Origin: Camelus ferus | Taxonomy: Eukaryota | DNA length: 64,000 nt | Assembly: GCF_009834535.1 (NCBI RefSeq) | Contig: NC_045696.1 | Location: 21,392,001 to 21,456,000, forward strand | Reading direction: 5' to 3' | Shown here: positions 51,324-64,000 of the stretch, one piece after another | How positions within the stretch are numbered: position 1 is the first letter of the stretch | Layout: every line of letters begins with the position of its first letter | The notes under the pieces: model-generated | Told to the model about the DNA's origin: nothing | Seen by the model: only the letters and a program-made list of their open reading frames with translations | The model's database searches: none | Position numbers and translations under genes: made by a program

Positions 51324-51703
51324 TGTTGCTGATAAGTGCTATTAAAATACAAACTGACATATAATAAAATCTTCTTGAGTTTACTTGAGCAAACATAGGT
51401 TTTAATGGCAGCACCAAACTGAAAATAGTTAGAAATGCTCCCGTGATGGGATCTGGGGAAAGGCTATTACGGAAGACATGGAAGCAAAGCAAGAAAACTA
51501 TTTGACTGGCTGTAGCTTAAGTGGTCACCATATGTGGGAAAACCTAACGAGCTTTTTGTGGTTAGTTGTTCTCAGATTTCATTTTCTTGGAGAGGAGTGT
51601 GTTAATAGGAATTGATTCTGGCTTAGGTTCTGGTTTGCTTACTTATGCTACCCAGGCATTAAAGCCACCTAGTCTACTGGCCTCCTTGTTAGTTACTTTA
51701 ACA
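51324..51703 (-). mobile_element. ERV1-like solo LTR
   Basis: TGTT...AACA termini, 380 bp. Decayed polyA, TATA and CCAAT-like signals occur in reverse order. TSD unclear. Confidence 0.65.
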
Positions 51704-53594
51704 GTATTAATAATGCATTTGACTTCTTACCTCTCAGTCTGGTATCAAAGTCTGAGGCACCAGAGTCATCCATCTAGGTCATTGGTCCACATCCTCAAAC
51801 TCTTGTTACCACTGAACAGGTGATGGACTTGAACTTGACAACTTTTGCCTCTTCCATAAATTACCGCAAAGGGATTTTACTTCAAGGGACCAACACAGTA
51901 TGAAGAGGAAAAGGAGGCAGGGGCAAGAGTTAAAAAGGAAGAAAGGAAGAAAAACAAGCCAAAAGAAAAATGCATAGAGGTATAATGGAAACAATTAGTG
52001 GGTTTTGTCACAAAACTAAAGAAAATTTTAAAATTTCAGAGTGTGAGGGGACACACATACACCCACACATGCACCATACATGCACATAATACATGCACGA
52101 ATGTTTCAAGGATATGAGTGGCCAACATATATTTAAAGTTTTCAACTAAATTATCACTTGCAATTTGTAGATTGTCATTTCATATTTAATATAACAAAAC
52201 CAGTTTCGTTAGCCTAAAAAAAGAACCCCACTTTCAAAGTTCAGATAACTTTTAAAACATGTTACTTTAGGAATTTTTATCTGAAATCACCAATGAATGT
52301 ATTTGGTCATTATTTCCCTCTTGCTATTATAACAGACTTCAACTTTGATATGTAAAACCTCTCGCTATTTCTCATTTCTTCTATGTGAAAACATGGACAA
52401 TTAGTGAGTTAGTAAGGCTGATTAGCATTTTTTGAAAATCTGCCCATCTAGCTGCTAAATTTGTATCAGTTTCAATATAATGATGTTCATAATAAGACAC
52501 AGTTTTCTGGGAGTTGCAAAATTACAGAAAGCTGAAGTTTAACAGTCTCACAATTTAAAAAAAAATCTATGTATGATTTCAAATAAGCTTATATATCATA
52601 TTTAATTATTTTAACAACTTGCTTTGGCTCACATTTCTAAGAAGTATAATCTTACACATTCTGTGATTTAAAGTATATATATATATATATACACATATGT
52701 TAAAATCCAAAGATCTAGAGCTATCTATTTCATAATACCAGATGTTCAAAGTCTTTAGCAGTGTGAAAATGTGATGATATTTTGCCAGTCTGAAAATTAT
52801 AAATTATATTCAAACTAGGATGTAAGATTGCTAATACTAAGAATACCATCCCTTTAACTGTAAGTTGTATTTTGCATCTTAACCTCCTTCAGTGTCAAAC
52901 TCTTTCCTATTCTTGCATTTGCAGCATACCTAATATTCCATTTTCTCTGCTCTTCTTCAGTTGTGTGTCCCTTCCTCCATCTTATTTAGAATAATTAATG
53001 GAAAACTGTAAGTGTGGACAAAATCATGTGTCAAAATATGTACTAAAAAAGAATGATTAAACTGTCTTTTAAAAGAGAAGGATTATGCAAGGTGTAAAGA
53101 AAACATTGAGGGAAGTTATATTTAAAAACAGGGCACAGCAAATTATTGTGCCTGTAAAATAATTTCACACAGAAAAACTTAAAGGACTGGGTAAAATATT
53201 TTTAAAAAGAAATGTTAAATGCGTAACTGACTTGGAAAGATAGTAAGAAAAATCATCAGGCCGGAATGAGAAAAGGAAAGTATTCCAGTGAGGTAAGAAG
53301 GCAGTGGAGCTGAAGGCTACCCTGAGGGTGTGGGTATTGCCATGATAAGCTGCTTTGTTTCAGTGGCCACATGGTGGGGCAGGAGGCAGAGCCTCAGGCC
53401 TGTGCATCAATCCAAGACCCCTGAGTGCTACAACTTCAGGGTAAAATAAACCCTCCATACAAAGGGAGTTGAGAAAGAAAGTTGTCTGTTTTGGCAATTG
53501 CTGTGGATGGAAAGAAGAGGAAGAAAAAAAGAATTGTGATAACATAAACCGCCTTGATTCACACAGAACTCAAATCCACACTTGTTACATGGTC

Positions 53595-53934
53595 TGTTGA
53601 CTGTAAACAAATAGACTGCTGAATATTGCTCCAGCAAAGATGAGTTTCTTTGGCGTCATCCATGCAACTTGAGTGGGGTCTACAATCATGGTGAGTCATG
53701 TGCAAGTTACCCCACAGCAAGGGAAGGGCAGTGCTTTTATAGAGTCAAAAACACGTTGAGAGGAAGGGCTGCAGTAAACAGAGTCCATAGCTTTTCATTG
53801 GCTGAGTCCTTTCCAGGAAAGCAGAGGAATCTTTCTTCTTCCCGTTGGGCTCTGCTATTGTCACAGGTATGGAGAGCTCCCTCTTCTGGACTCTCTACTT
53901 TATTTGCTAAAGTTTCTGTGTGTTAATTTTTACA
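53595..53934 (-). mobile_element. ERV1-like solo LTR (340 bp)
   Basis: TGT...ACA termini and a 4-bp TSD ggtc/ggcc. On the minus strand, CCAAT (53797-53801) precedes TATAAAA (53735-53741). Confidence 0.8.
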
Positions 53935-54479
53935 GGCCCCAAAATTAATTAACTTTGAGTAATGGCAGTGATTTCAAATGTCTTTCTATAAGCAAAGGAT
54001 ATCTTTTAAAAAAAATTGCTATCAATTAAATAGTTAATGGCAATATATTGATAGCAAAAGCATTAAGATTACAAATAATTTCAGGCACAACACCTTCGCC
54101 AGCATATTGAAATCAAAGTAAATAATGAATACAGAAAAAAAAAAGAAATGATAAAACAATGTAAAATAATATAAACATTGTGAAGAAGGACTTTTATGTC
54201 TTCAAGATTAAACAAAACATAGAAAACATTAGGTTGGTATCTAAATTTAAAAAAGAAAAAGGAGAACACAGGAAGTTTGCAGACTAGGACAAAAGAATCT
54301 AAAAATACATATGACGATGCAAATATATGGCATACACTCAATGCAGAGGATCTGGAAAGAAAGAAACTGATCCAAGTAACTTTGGCAAATTGTGATTTGA
54401 TTGGAAACTGCATATTTAAAAACAAAAGGAACTATCTATGTGTGTGCAGAGTTGGCGACTCTGTCTCATTTGGGAATAT

Positions 54480-55397
54480 GAGTGACAATTTTGAAATTGC
54501 CATATATGTATGCTGCTGTTGAACCCACAGGTAAATGAACAGCAGCACAATGCTGGGGACTTGAGAAATGGACATAGAAGTCAATTCTAAAGAGCTTCCA
54601 ATGGCTAAAGCTGGAGCATGTTGAGCAGGAAAATAAATAGCATAGGACTAGAGTCAACCCACAGTATAAAATCAACATATATGTCTGAAAAGAATAAATA
54701 AATGAATACATACATACATACATACATAAATTATATGGCTAAGAGGGTAAGAGGCAAGTCTTCCATACAGAAAATAAAATAATTTATGTAGATACTCACT
54801 CCTCTAGTAGGTGGAGCGTAACCCCCTCGGCCTGAGTGCAGGCTGGACTTTGTGACTTGTTTCTAAATAATTGAGTATGGAATGGAGTAAAAATTAACCT
54901 TATACTTGCCAAATACCATTTTCACCAGGTGATCACGGTTAATATCATCAGTGAAAAATAATACTGACATTATAGACCTGCTGATATGATGTCATGACCT
55001 CTGTGTTCTTCTTCCTCAAAACCCTTAACTCCAGACTAATCATGATGAAAACATTAGGCAAATCCAAACTGAGAAATCTGTTCTACAAAATACCTCCCCA
55101 GTACTTCTCAGGGCTGTCAAGACCATCAGAAGCAAGAGAGACTAAGAAACTGTCATAGACTAGAGGAGATTAAATGGTCAGGATAGCAAAATAAAATGTA
55201 TCCTGTGGTTGGAAAAACGAATGAAATCCTAAAAATGTTATGGGAGCTTAGTTAACAGTCAGGCACCAACATTTACTTCTTAGTTGTGATGAACGTAACA
55301 TAGTTATAATTTTACAATAAGGAAAACTCTTGAAGGGGTATGTATATCTGGGCAACTTGAATTTAAAATTATTCATAAATTTAAAAAGTTGTTAAAA
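54480..55397 (+). mobile_element. L1MC (L1MC3-like) 3' UTR
   Basis: gagcttccaatggctaaagctgg...aggtggagcgtaacccc...ccaggtgatcacggttaatatcatcagtga...ggcaaatccaaactgaga...ctacaaaatacc. Includes an (ATAC)n repeat near 54706-54728. Confidence 0.85.
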
Positions 55398-55399
55398 TA

Positions 55400-56330
55400 G
55401 AAGTTTTGATTACATTTAAATCAAAAACTTCTGTGCACAAAAAGACACTATAAAGAAAGTAGAATGTTACAAACTTGGAAGGGTAGTTTAAACATTGTTA
55501 ACCCACAAATCATTAGTAGTCAAAACATATAATAATTATTAACAATTCATATAAATTAGACAAAGTAATCAAAGTAGTTAAAGGACTTTGTCAAGTATTT
55601 TACAAATAGATTCCTTATGTAAGTCATGAAGATTTACGTGAAGATGCTCAAACTTATGAGTTATCAGAAAATTAAAGTCACAATTTATCAAAATTAGGCC
55701 TTTGGCAGAGGGGTAAACAATGTAGGAGTTAAATAACAACAAGGCTAAATGATGGTCTGAAGGCTCCAGAGAGCATATTCTCCTGATGGAAGAGTTCATT
55801 TATAGAAATAATCTGGCAATCAGTTTGTCATTTTCCGTAACATGGATCATATGCATACTCTCTCATTCAGCAGTTTCCTTCCTAGGTATATAAATGCAAT
55901 GTTTACCATGAGTCACAATAAGACTTATCATAGCAGAATTGCTTGTAAATGCAAAAATTTGTAAATTACTAAATTTTCAATCAAGAGGAGAGTGGATAAT
56001 TTTGGTTATTCTCACAACCAAATACTGTGCAGGAATTAGACTACAGCCACATGCATAAACATTGGTGACTCCTACAATACAGTATTGAGCAAGAAAAAGC
56101 AAGTTGTATAAGGATTCATATGGTACAATACTATTTATCTAATATGAAAAAACAAATAAACCTCTGTTCGCAAAACTAAAGTGCAAAGCAAAGTAATATT
56201 AAATAGAATATTCAGAAATATGGGTAGCTCCAGGAGTAGGCCTAGAATGTGATTATGGAGAAGTTTCAAAGGTATCATTAATATTTTATATCTAAAGCTA
56301 TGTGGCGATATATAGTTATTTATTTATATT
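55400..56330 (+). mobile_element. Ancient L1 (L1ME-like) ORF2 end and 3' UTR
   Basis: tttgattacatttaaatcaaaaacttctgtgcacaaaaagacac...gaagatgctcaaac...cagcagtttccttcctaggtatat...ttgagcaagaaaaagcaagttg. Confidence 0.75.
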
Positions 56331-57421
56331 TTTTGTAGGTAGTATGTAAGTAAAGTTAGAGGACTCTGATTCAGGGGCCAGATATTTCACAAAAGATATT
56401 TTTCCAGAGCTGAAATGTTTGTGAAATTCTGAGTGAGTACAAGGAAGATAATTTGCAAGGGATATAAAGTGAACGTCAATATTTTTACACCGATCATTTA
56501 TTTTGCATTTCATTTTAGCCTAAATGATTGGTTTGGACGTAACAGATGTACTTGAGATAATTGTATTCATTATCACACCAGAGCATGTGACAGTATTAAA
56601 ATGTGAGTTCATATACTAGTTACTAAAAATACTGGCACACATGATATTGGTTTGTTGAGAATTTTACAATTTAACAGGACTACACAATAACAATTTTAGC
56701 AACATTTCAGGCTTTATGTATGCCTGGTTGGTGCCTTAGTAATACACTTTTTGGTAATCCATTTTTAATACCTTTATTTCACAAAGTCTTTGGGGATGGA
56801 TTTTTATGTTCTTCCTTTGCCATCCAGTAGTTTATCTCAGTAAAAGTAACTTCACAGTATTTTATAGATTTAGAAAGTGCTCTATTAGACATGCTATGTA
56901 ATTTTCAATAGATAAACGCGGGGAAATATTTGAGAAGTGATGATGTTCGGGTTATTTTTCATGTTACATGCCCTGAGCACTTGTTGGCACAGTGGGGATT
57001 TCGCTATGTTTGTAAAGATTAATTTCTCAGCACAGAGGCTTTAGGGCAGTTTTTTCTTGAGCAAATCTACTCCTTTTAAAAAGTGAGAGATTCATCCCCA
57101 GGTATATTCTAGTTCATAATGTGTGCATATGCCAATGAATGGCTAAAATCATCAATAACTACAGAGAAAGACCCTGGAGAAAATGTTAAACATACCCATT
57201 TGAAGATATAAATAACAGTAGCAAGCAAGGTACAATTGACCAATTCTTCACTCAAGAAGAGACTTATATGTGGTTTATTAGGAAGCAGATTATTGACATC
57301 TTTGCTGTTTTATCATCCAGCTAGTTACACATTTTAGATTTTCTAAGCATGTACAACTCAATAGAGCCACATTTGCTTTGGCCTCTGCTAAATTATGTGA
57401 GTAATAAAAGGTAAAAGATTT

Positions 57422-57512
57422 GGGGGGAGGTGGATGGAGTTCAGTAGTAGGGTGTTTGCTTAGCATGCACGACGTCCTGGGTTCCATCCCCAGTACCTCC
57501 ATTTAAAAAAAA
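57422..57512 (+). mobile_element. Short tRNA-Ala-derived SINE copy (tRNA part plus A tail only)
   Basis: gcttagcatgcacgacgtcctgggttccatccccagtacctccatttaaaaaaaa. Exact TSD gtaaaagattt at 57411-57421 and 57513-57523. Confidence 0.9.
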
Positions 57513-57879
57513 GTAAAAGATTTTTTAAAGTATAACTATTTTAAAAAACATTTTTCCCTGATGAAAGTATGTTTACTAGGAATATTTAGAAAATATTGCT
57601 CAGCAAAAAAGAAAATTAAATTATCTATGTCCCATGCCCTCAACCAGAGGTAACCACCAAATCACACTGATAATTTATTAGGTACATGTCTAATATTTTC
57701 ATCCTTAATTCAGCATTTTCTTACATGTACACATGTGTGATACATATACTATATGTAAAACATATGCATGCCTATAACATAAAGCATTGTAAAATTTTAT
57801 AATCTGATTTATTATTATACCTAGCATTTTCAAGAAAATATTAAAAATATTTGTTGTAGAAAATAAGCTAAAGCTAATG

Positions 57880-58086
57880 CAGTTGACTTTTGGACAATGT
57901 GAGGTTAGGAGCACTGACACTCCATGCAGTCAAAAATCTACATATAATTTATAATCAGCCCTCCATTTCCACAGTGCTGCATTCTTGAATTCAATCAACT
58001 GCAGATCATGTAGTACTGTAGCATTTACTATTGAAAAAAAATCCACGTGTAAGTGGACCTGTGCATTTCAAACCCAGGCTGTTAAA
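57880..58086. mobile_element. Tigger2-family non-autonomous DNA transposon (MER8/Tigger2a-like)
   Basis: Left TIR cagttgacttttggacaa, internal ttcaatcaactgcagatc, right part aaaaaatccacgtgtaagtggacctgtgcatttcaaaccc. The right TIR is eroded. Confidence 0.85.
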
Positions 58087-58611
58087 GAAAATAACATTTT
58101 CCCTCAAATGATGTAAACATTTTACAAACCTCTGAGTGGATATCACCTTACCCGTTGGTTAACTGAGCCTGTACTCCTTCTGCATATGAAATAGGAGTGA
58201 AATTTCACTCTTGCTGCTTAATAGTAATGGAATGAAAATGTTCCATTCTTCAGTTACTAGTCAGCCTATAAAAATCTAGTCTTTCTTGATTGAAAATGGT
58301 ATTATTTGGTCAGATCATTCACAAATATAATTCAAAACAGAGATCATGGAAGGGAGCAGATTGGGTGGGTTTTTTCCAAAATGATGGCATCCAAGTATCT
58401 CATCTTTCAATGTCAAGGAACACAAAGCCTCTTTGTAGAACTAAGTTTTAGTTGGAGATGCCGCTGTATTATAATTAAAAAGTTACTTTGTATTAAACGC
58501 ATTTAATAATCCTCCATAGCCCTTATCCTGCTCACAAGTTCACATTCATTGTGGGGCTCTCTGCCCCTCCGCCCATCTTTCCCCTCCATGTTTACCCACA
58601 AAGAACATACC

Positions 58612-58712
58612 CATGCCATATTTGACATACGTTTATACTAAACAATTGTTCATTCTTTTATTTGAAATTGAAATTTAACTATGTATCTTATATTTTATCT
58701 GGCAATCCTACC
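58612..58712. mobile_element. One arm of a MER53-like hAT MITE
   Basis: gacatacgtttatactaaacaattgttcatt...tgaaattgaaatttaact...tattttatctggcaatccta. Confidence 0.75.
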
Positions 58713-61700
58713 CTTAACACAGAATAAGGGAGCTTAAGAGACGGCTTCTCAAAGACATTACCATTTAAAACGAAGTCAAAAACATAAATCAGGAATTGAG
58801 GAAAGGCAGGTAAAAAGGCAAATATGTCTAGATGGATGGTCTTATGTGGGAGAAAGGATTGCCTGTTTCTGTAACTGAAACATGTTCTTTGTTGCTGTAT
58901 CATGGATGGTGAGACAAGGGTGAAGTAGAAAAATGAATCAAGATCTACAATATGAAAAGGAATCTGAAAGAAAGAAAGAGAGTAAGAATAGGCAAGCTTA
59001 GAAAGAGAGAGAGAAAGAGAGAGGAGAGAGAGATACAGAGGTAGAGACTTACAGGTAGAGATGCTATTTCTCAATGTTCATTTGCAAACGTAGTTTGCGA
59101 GCATGTATGGCCCATCCTGTGCTAGGTCCCTTAAGAATTTGAGATGGAAGATTTTATCTCCCTAGGAAATAAGGAAAGGCTAAGCGAAACTTAAGTTGAA
59201 ATATTAAGTGAAATTAACTCAAAATTTTTGTTTTCTCTTCTTGATTATTTGTGTTAGTGAAATTCTTTTCACCTTGATTCACAGGTCCTTTCACTGAGCA
59301 GATTCATGAATCTCTCATTACTCCAATAACTAGAATTCCAATTGCAGTCCATAATACTTAAAGAAAATAAGTTGCCTTTTTGTGTGACCAACTGAAATGT
59401 GTATTCATGTTGAAAAAACAGTATTTGTACATTGTGCAGGGACCAGATTAAGGTAGTGTTATTCACAGATTTTTAAACATATAGCAATATGGATGCTATT
59501 TGAAAGAGAATACAAATATACTATTAGTTTGGGATTAGAACAACAAGATCTATTCTTTCAGTAATATCATGGGGTTTGTGTGTGTGTGTAAGAAAACACG
59601 TATGTGTGTGTGTTTTTAGTGAATAAATTGCTATTGTTTTTCACTGAAATGATTCTGACAAACCTAGACTCTTTCATGGAATCTACATCAACTAGCAGAT
59701 ATTTTCCAAAGGGCCTTTCAACTTAAAAAGAGGGTATACTTTGTGGTTCTATAAGATTTTCTCTTGTAAATATTGGTATATTATTCTTTTTCTAATAGAA
59801 TAGTAGCCAGTTCCTATGTGAGTCAGAATTGGACTTACACCGAAAAGCAGAAATAAAAATGACAATAGGGCATATGCTTACTTAGTTGCACATTTGTTTA
59901 TATTACATTTTGGTAGTTTTCCCTGATCAGGGAAAGAAAAATCATTTTATAGTCTAGTTTTGTTTGTATTTTGTATTCTCTTAAGCATATTAACATTGGA
60001 AATGCTTAGACCATAAATGTTGACTTCCTCCTTGTGTCAATATTTTATCCAACAAAATAACTTTGCCTAGCAAAATAGGAAAATCCTGCACTTGTTAAAA
60101 CAAATCAGCAAAACTTACTGAGCTTCTGTTTGAGGCAAAACACTCTCCATGGTCAAAAAAAAAGTGCTATCCAATGTGAAAAAATCTAAGTAAAGTTAAT
60201 GACCAACTTCATAAAACATTCCGATTTCTAGCAATGGAATTTTACGAAATTGGCATTTCTATTCTTGAGAATTATTGGTTGATCATATTAGGCAAATTGG
60301 ATAAATTGTTTTAGAAATTAGAGGAAAAGCATGATTGAAATTAGGTGGGAAGTGTGAATTTTAGTAATAATTATTTAGACCTTAAAATCAGTTATAAATT
60401 CCAAACAAGTTGATAGATGATATTTGAGGATCAGACAGATGGGTATCAAATACCAGCTTTATCTTTAATGAAATAATACAGAACATGACTAAAATGTGAG
60501 TCCTATTGGGCTTCAGAATACCCTTCTCTGCCCCTCTCCCCAAATTTTACTCATTCTGAGTAATGGGAGAATCTGGACCCCTTCACATTTTAGTAAAGAA
60601 GGTAAATGTTTGAGCTCTGAACAGAGGTCCCTGCAAAGTGTGATCTGCAATGGTCTATGCAATGCATGCTCTGTGCCCTCTCCCAAGAGAAAGAAAAGTC
60701 CTTTAGTAAAGAGTGAGTGGTAAGTAATTAATGTGTGAACCAAGGATGGAAATGGTTTTCCCATATCTTGCCCTCCTGAAGAGTAGACCACAATGGGATG
60801 CTCAACTCTTCCGAGAGAAAGAAAAGCAGTTTGCTCTGTAACTTCAGAGACATCTAGAAGACTTTCTGGTCTCTTAAAAAAAATCCCGGGTTTACCAGAA
60901 GTCTCATTACCCCATTCTATGTTTAACCATTGCCTGACTACTACTTTCTTCTCTCAAGAATATAGAAAAGTTAAACCAGGTAGCCACTAACAATATTTAT
61001 TAATTGAGAGATAAAACTTCCATTTTGGCACATTGAAATTGTACGTTTCAAACTATTTTGCTAATTTGAAGAATAATCCATTTTATTTAAAAAAAAAAAA
61101 AAAACACTCAGTTACCTGTATGGAATTTATAGATGCCAGACAGACATTGTTCTCTCCTTAATCATTGACTATGTACTCATCCAAACCCAGAGACTGAGTG
61201 TTTTAGAGGTCTCTTCAAAAGCATGTTGAGCATTTTGGGGAAATGGCACAATGGCTATCGATTGTCCTTGATTCTGCTCATTTTCTGAGTGAAGTAGCCT
61301 CTACCTAGCAAATATTCCTGGATTTGAACTTTAGCAAGATTGTGCCACCCAATTATGGGAACTTGGATGTAAATACAGGGAGTTTGGAATTTGGGGGATT
61401 TACAAAATCCTAGATGGTCTGACCTATGACATAGGAAACAGAACAGTGAGGAATGATGGAGATGTTACTGCAAAATGTTTGTTCTTTTTTTAAGGGGGTT
61501 CCTATTTTCCTAAGAACTGCTTAGGGTTTCCGTCCCTTGTAGGCATAGAAAATTTTTCATAGATTTAAAGAAAAATACAACTAGATTTCTATGCACTTTT
61601 ATACCACACAAATTGCATTCCTCTAAGCAGTTTTTAGCCAAAAGGCATGCATTCGATTCCTTAGTGATAAATTCTACTCCACTGCCTTTAGCTAACATTA

Positions 61701-62429
61701 GGGATGCTCTTTCTAAACTGGATAAGAGCTCAGTTATCAGAATTCCCAGGTGTCCCAAGCCCTTGAAAAATGATGAGAACTTGGGGGAAGTTAGCAGGAA
61801 CTGACTCTTTCTCTGACTGGCTAATTGTTTTGGCTTCTAAATTCCTGAGAAGGCCAAGCTCATTACATACTGCTTATTTAAGTTTTCTCTACAATCCTCA
61901 TCCACCAGAAATTGCCATATTTTAGATATTTGTTCATGTCTTTGGTTCCTAAGAGTCATTCATTTTTTTTCTAATAATCATAAAAAAAGTCCGTTTCATT
62001 CTGGATACTTGCACCCTTAGTTTACAAGAGTCAATGAGTACCCTAAGAGCAGGGTTTAAAAATAGCTATACAATTTATTACCTCCCATATCTGTTGATAT
62101 ATAGTCTGTTGATGCTAAAGTATTTGTGTAGTGTTGATGAAAGTGAAGTCTTCAAAAGCTGGACAAAAGTATGTTTGTTCAGAATAATATACCAATAAAA
62201 ATTCTCTGTCCATTGCTTTTATTTTTCCAAACATGATGAAGTATAGATGGAGCCAAGCTCAAGTAAACTATGGTACTAATGTCTGATGACTTCCCTATGT
62301 CTCTCATTTCTATAATTTCTCCCCCAAGTGTACTTCAGCTGATGTCCCCCTTTTGTCTCCTAAAATCAAAATAAGAGTTTATTAATGACTGTTTAACTGC
62401 ATGAATATAACTTCTCTCTTTTTTTGCCT

Positions 62430-63640
62430 ACTGTATGTTTATTTTTGTCCTTACTCAGCACAAAATGTCATAGTTTGCACTCTTTTCATGATTTTTACAA
62501 TCTTTTCCTAATCTTGCTGGATCATTCTGGGGCACTCCTTCTGCCACAGTCACCCACACCCCAGTATGTTACACACACCTTCTTGAAAGTATTTTCTTGT
62601 TTTTCATGACATCACATTGTCTTGGTTCTGCCCATACTCTTGACCTAATCAGGATAGCAAAAACACATGGCACATTCCAACGGAATAACTGAGAAAAATT
62701 TAATTAAAAGTTCATGAAAAATGATGGGTAAAAAAGCTGGGAATGATAAGGAAACTTAACTGTCCCCCATGTCCCTCACCAGTGGTTAGTGTCAGCTAGG
62801 GGCAATAAGGTGAGTAACAACCAACCCACAAGGCAAGGCTCGTGACAAGGCAAGGAAGGCTGCTACAAAAATACATCCTTTGTCTGAGTTCTTCCCCCTC
62901 CATCTGATCTCTGTTGGCAGAAGCCAAAGGGAAGCCACAGGATAAGAGTGTCCTGGTAGGGATATAACTTATTGCCCAAAGACATTTTTGAGAATGAACA
63001 AGTGAACTATTAAAAATTAAACTGAGACAGCCGGCATAAGCCGGTCCTCAGGGTTTGCTCCTGGAGCACAAGGCAGTGTGAAGCTTGGTGAACAGAGCAC
63101 ATGAAAGAGCAAATGGAAAATATTCCATTCAACTTCTGTGTTCACTTTCCACCTCCCCTAGGGTTTCTTTTCATATATGTATTTCTAGAACTTTAGTATT
63201 CCCAGAAATCTAACTCTGGCCAACTTGTCACTTCTTCCTAAATCTCTCTCAGAATGACTTAGATTCTTTATAGATTCTGTATTTTTCAATAATCTTCAGA
63301 CTCTTATCCTACTAATGAAATGTGCCAGTTATCTCACAGTTAGATTTACAATTGCCTCATCATTTCCTTGTGAGTAGTATCCTTTGCTTATAAAATATAA
63401 TTCTGCTTCTAGTATCACCCTTCATTCAAGCCATAAAAATATAGGTAGATAGATAGACAGATAGATCTCTTCTTTTCAATATCTGATATCCAAACAGTCA
63501 ACAAGTTCTTTTATTCAAGGATTAATCAATCATGGTTTATCATTTAAATATTTCTAAATGTATTTCCTTGTTTCTAATCTTACTGTCATGAACCTGGCTT
63601 ATATTCCTTTGTTTCCAGGTTTAGATGCTCAATTATGTCA
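62430..63640 (+). mobile_element. LINE-2 fragments flanking an inserted LTR
   Basis: cttcttgaaagtattttcttgttttcatgacatcacattgtcttggttct (RT region), and later ccaaacagtcaacaagttct...atttctaaatgtatttcc. Confidence 0.6.
62645..63125 (-). mobile_element. ERVL LTR (LTR33/41/50-like)
   Basis: aaacacatggcacattc...gagaaaaatttaattaaa...ctccatctgatctctgttggcagaagccaaagggaagcca...caaatggaaaatattcc. Confidence 0.5.
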
Positions 63641-64000
63641 TAGACATGAAGATTGTAGAGTTATGAGATTTGGTACCATGGAGATCTCTGCAAATTTATG
63701 AGGGACTAGTTTTACCAAAGGCGGGGCCAGTCCCTGAAGCTTTATTAACAAATGACGAGGACTTGGAGAGGACTGACATGGCTGTAAGGTACTAGAGAGA
63801 TTGATGTGGCAAAATATAACAGGAAAGCTTTTATTTTTAAAATGTTTTGTTTTTATTTTTATTTTTTAGAATAGAAGAATCTTATCCATATTTTTTGAGA
63901 TTATAAGGAGTCAGAGTGGAGGAGCACTGCTGGGGGAAAAAGGAACAAATGACAACGTTATTGAAACAGGATTCTGAAGAAGGATGTTATTAAGCAGATC

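Noticed and set aside
53364..53380. CTCF site tggccacatggtggggc (and ctagtaggtggagc near 54804)
   Set aside because: Each mismatches high-information core positions, and the second lies inside an L1MC relic.
54511..54547. Perfect 10-bp hairpin tgctgctgtt...aacagcagca with a donor-like cag|gtaaat in the loop
   Set aside because: Lies within an L1MC 3' UTR relic, is too short for a pre-miRNA, and a few such stems are expected in 64 kb.
3253..63125. TE strand bias as evidence of a host gene's direction
   Set aside because: L1 copies are split roughly evenly between strands. LTRs are mostly + in the first third and - later, but the numbers are too small to infer anything.
1..64000. The short ORFs (60-132 aa) in the supplied track as protein-coding genes
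   Set aside because: Many begin at non-ATG codons. Their compositions reflect AT-rich or repeat DNA, I recognise none as a host protein, and no consistent exon chain is visible.

Overview
AT-rich, CpG-depleted, non-coding mammalian DNA, almost certainly from a camelid (alpaca, llama or camel). The evidence is five copies of a tRNA-Ala(AGC)-derived SINE matching the camelid vic-1 family, plus artiodactyl-type L1 3' ends. I recognise no protein-coding exon, functional RNA gene or CRISPR array. The ORFs I checked from the supplied track look like chance ORFs, low-complexity translations or decayed retroelement sequence. A large part of the window is transposon fossils: L2, MIR, old L1M/HAL1, younger L1, ERVL/MaLR/ERV1 LTRs, and hAT and Tigger elements, several nested and several with readable target-site duplications (TSDs). 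The window is either a gene desert or the inside of a very long intron. The most interesting non-repeat signals are a candidate recursive splice site (YAG|GTAAGA at 12277-12285), a few candidate non-coding exons, several repeat-free motif-dense enhancer-like blocks, and an unexplained exact 20-bp duplication 917 bp apart. I found no convincing evidence of a novel biological system. Repeat family names come from recalled consensus sequences, and boundaries without TSDs are approximate.
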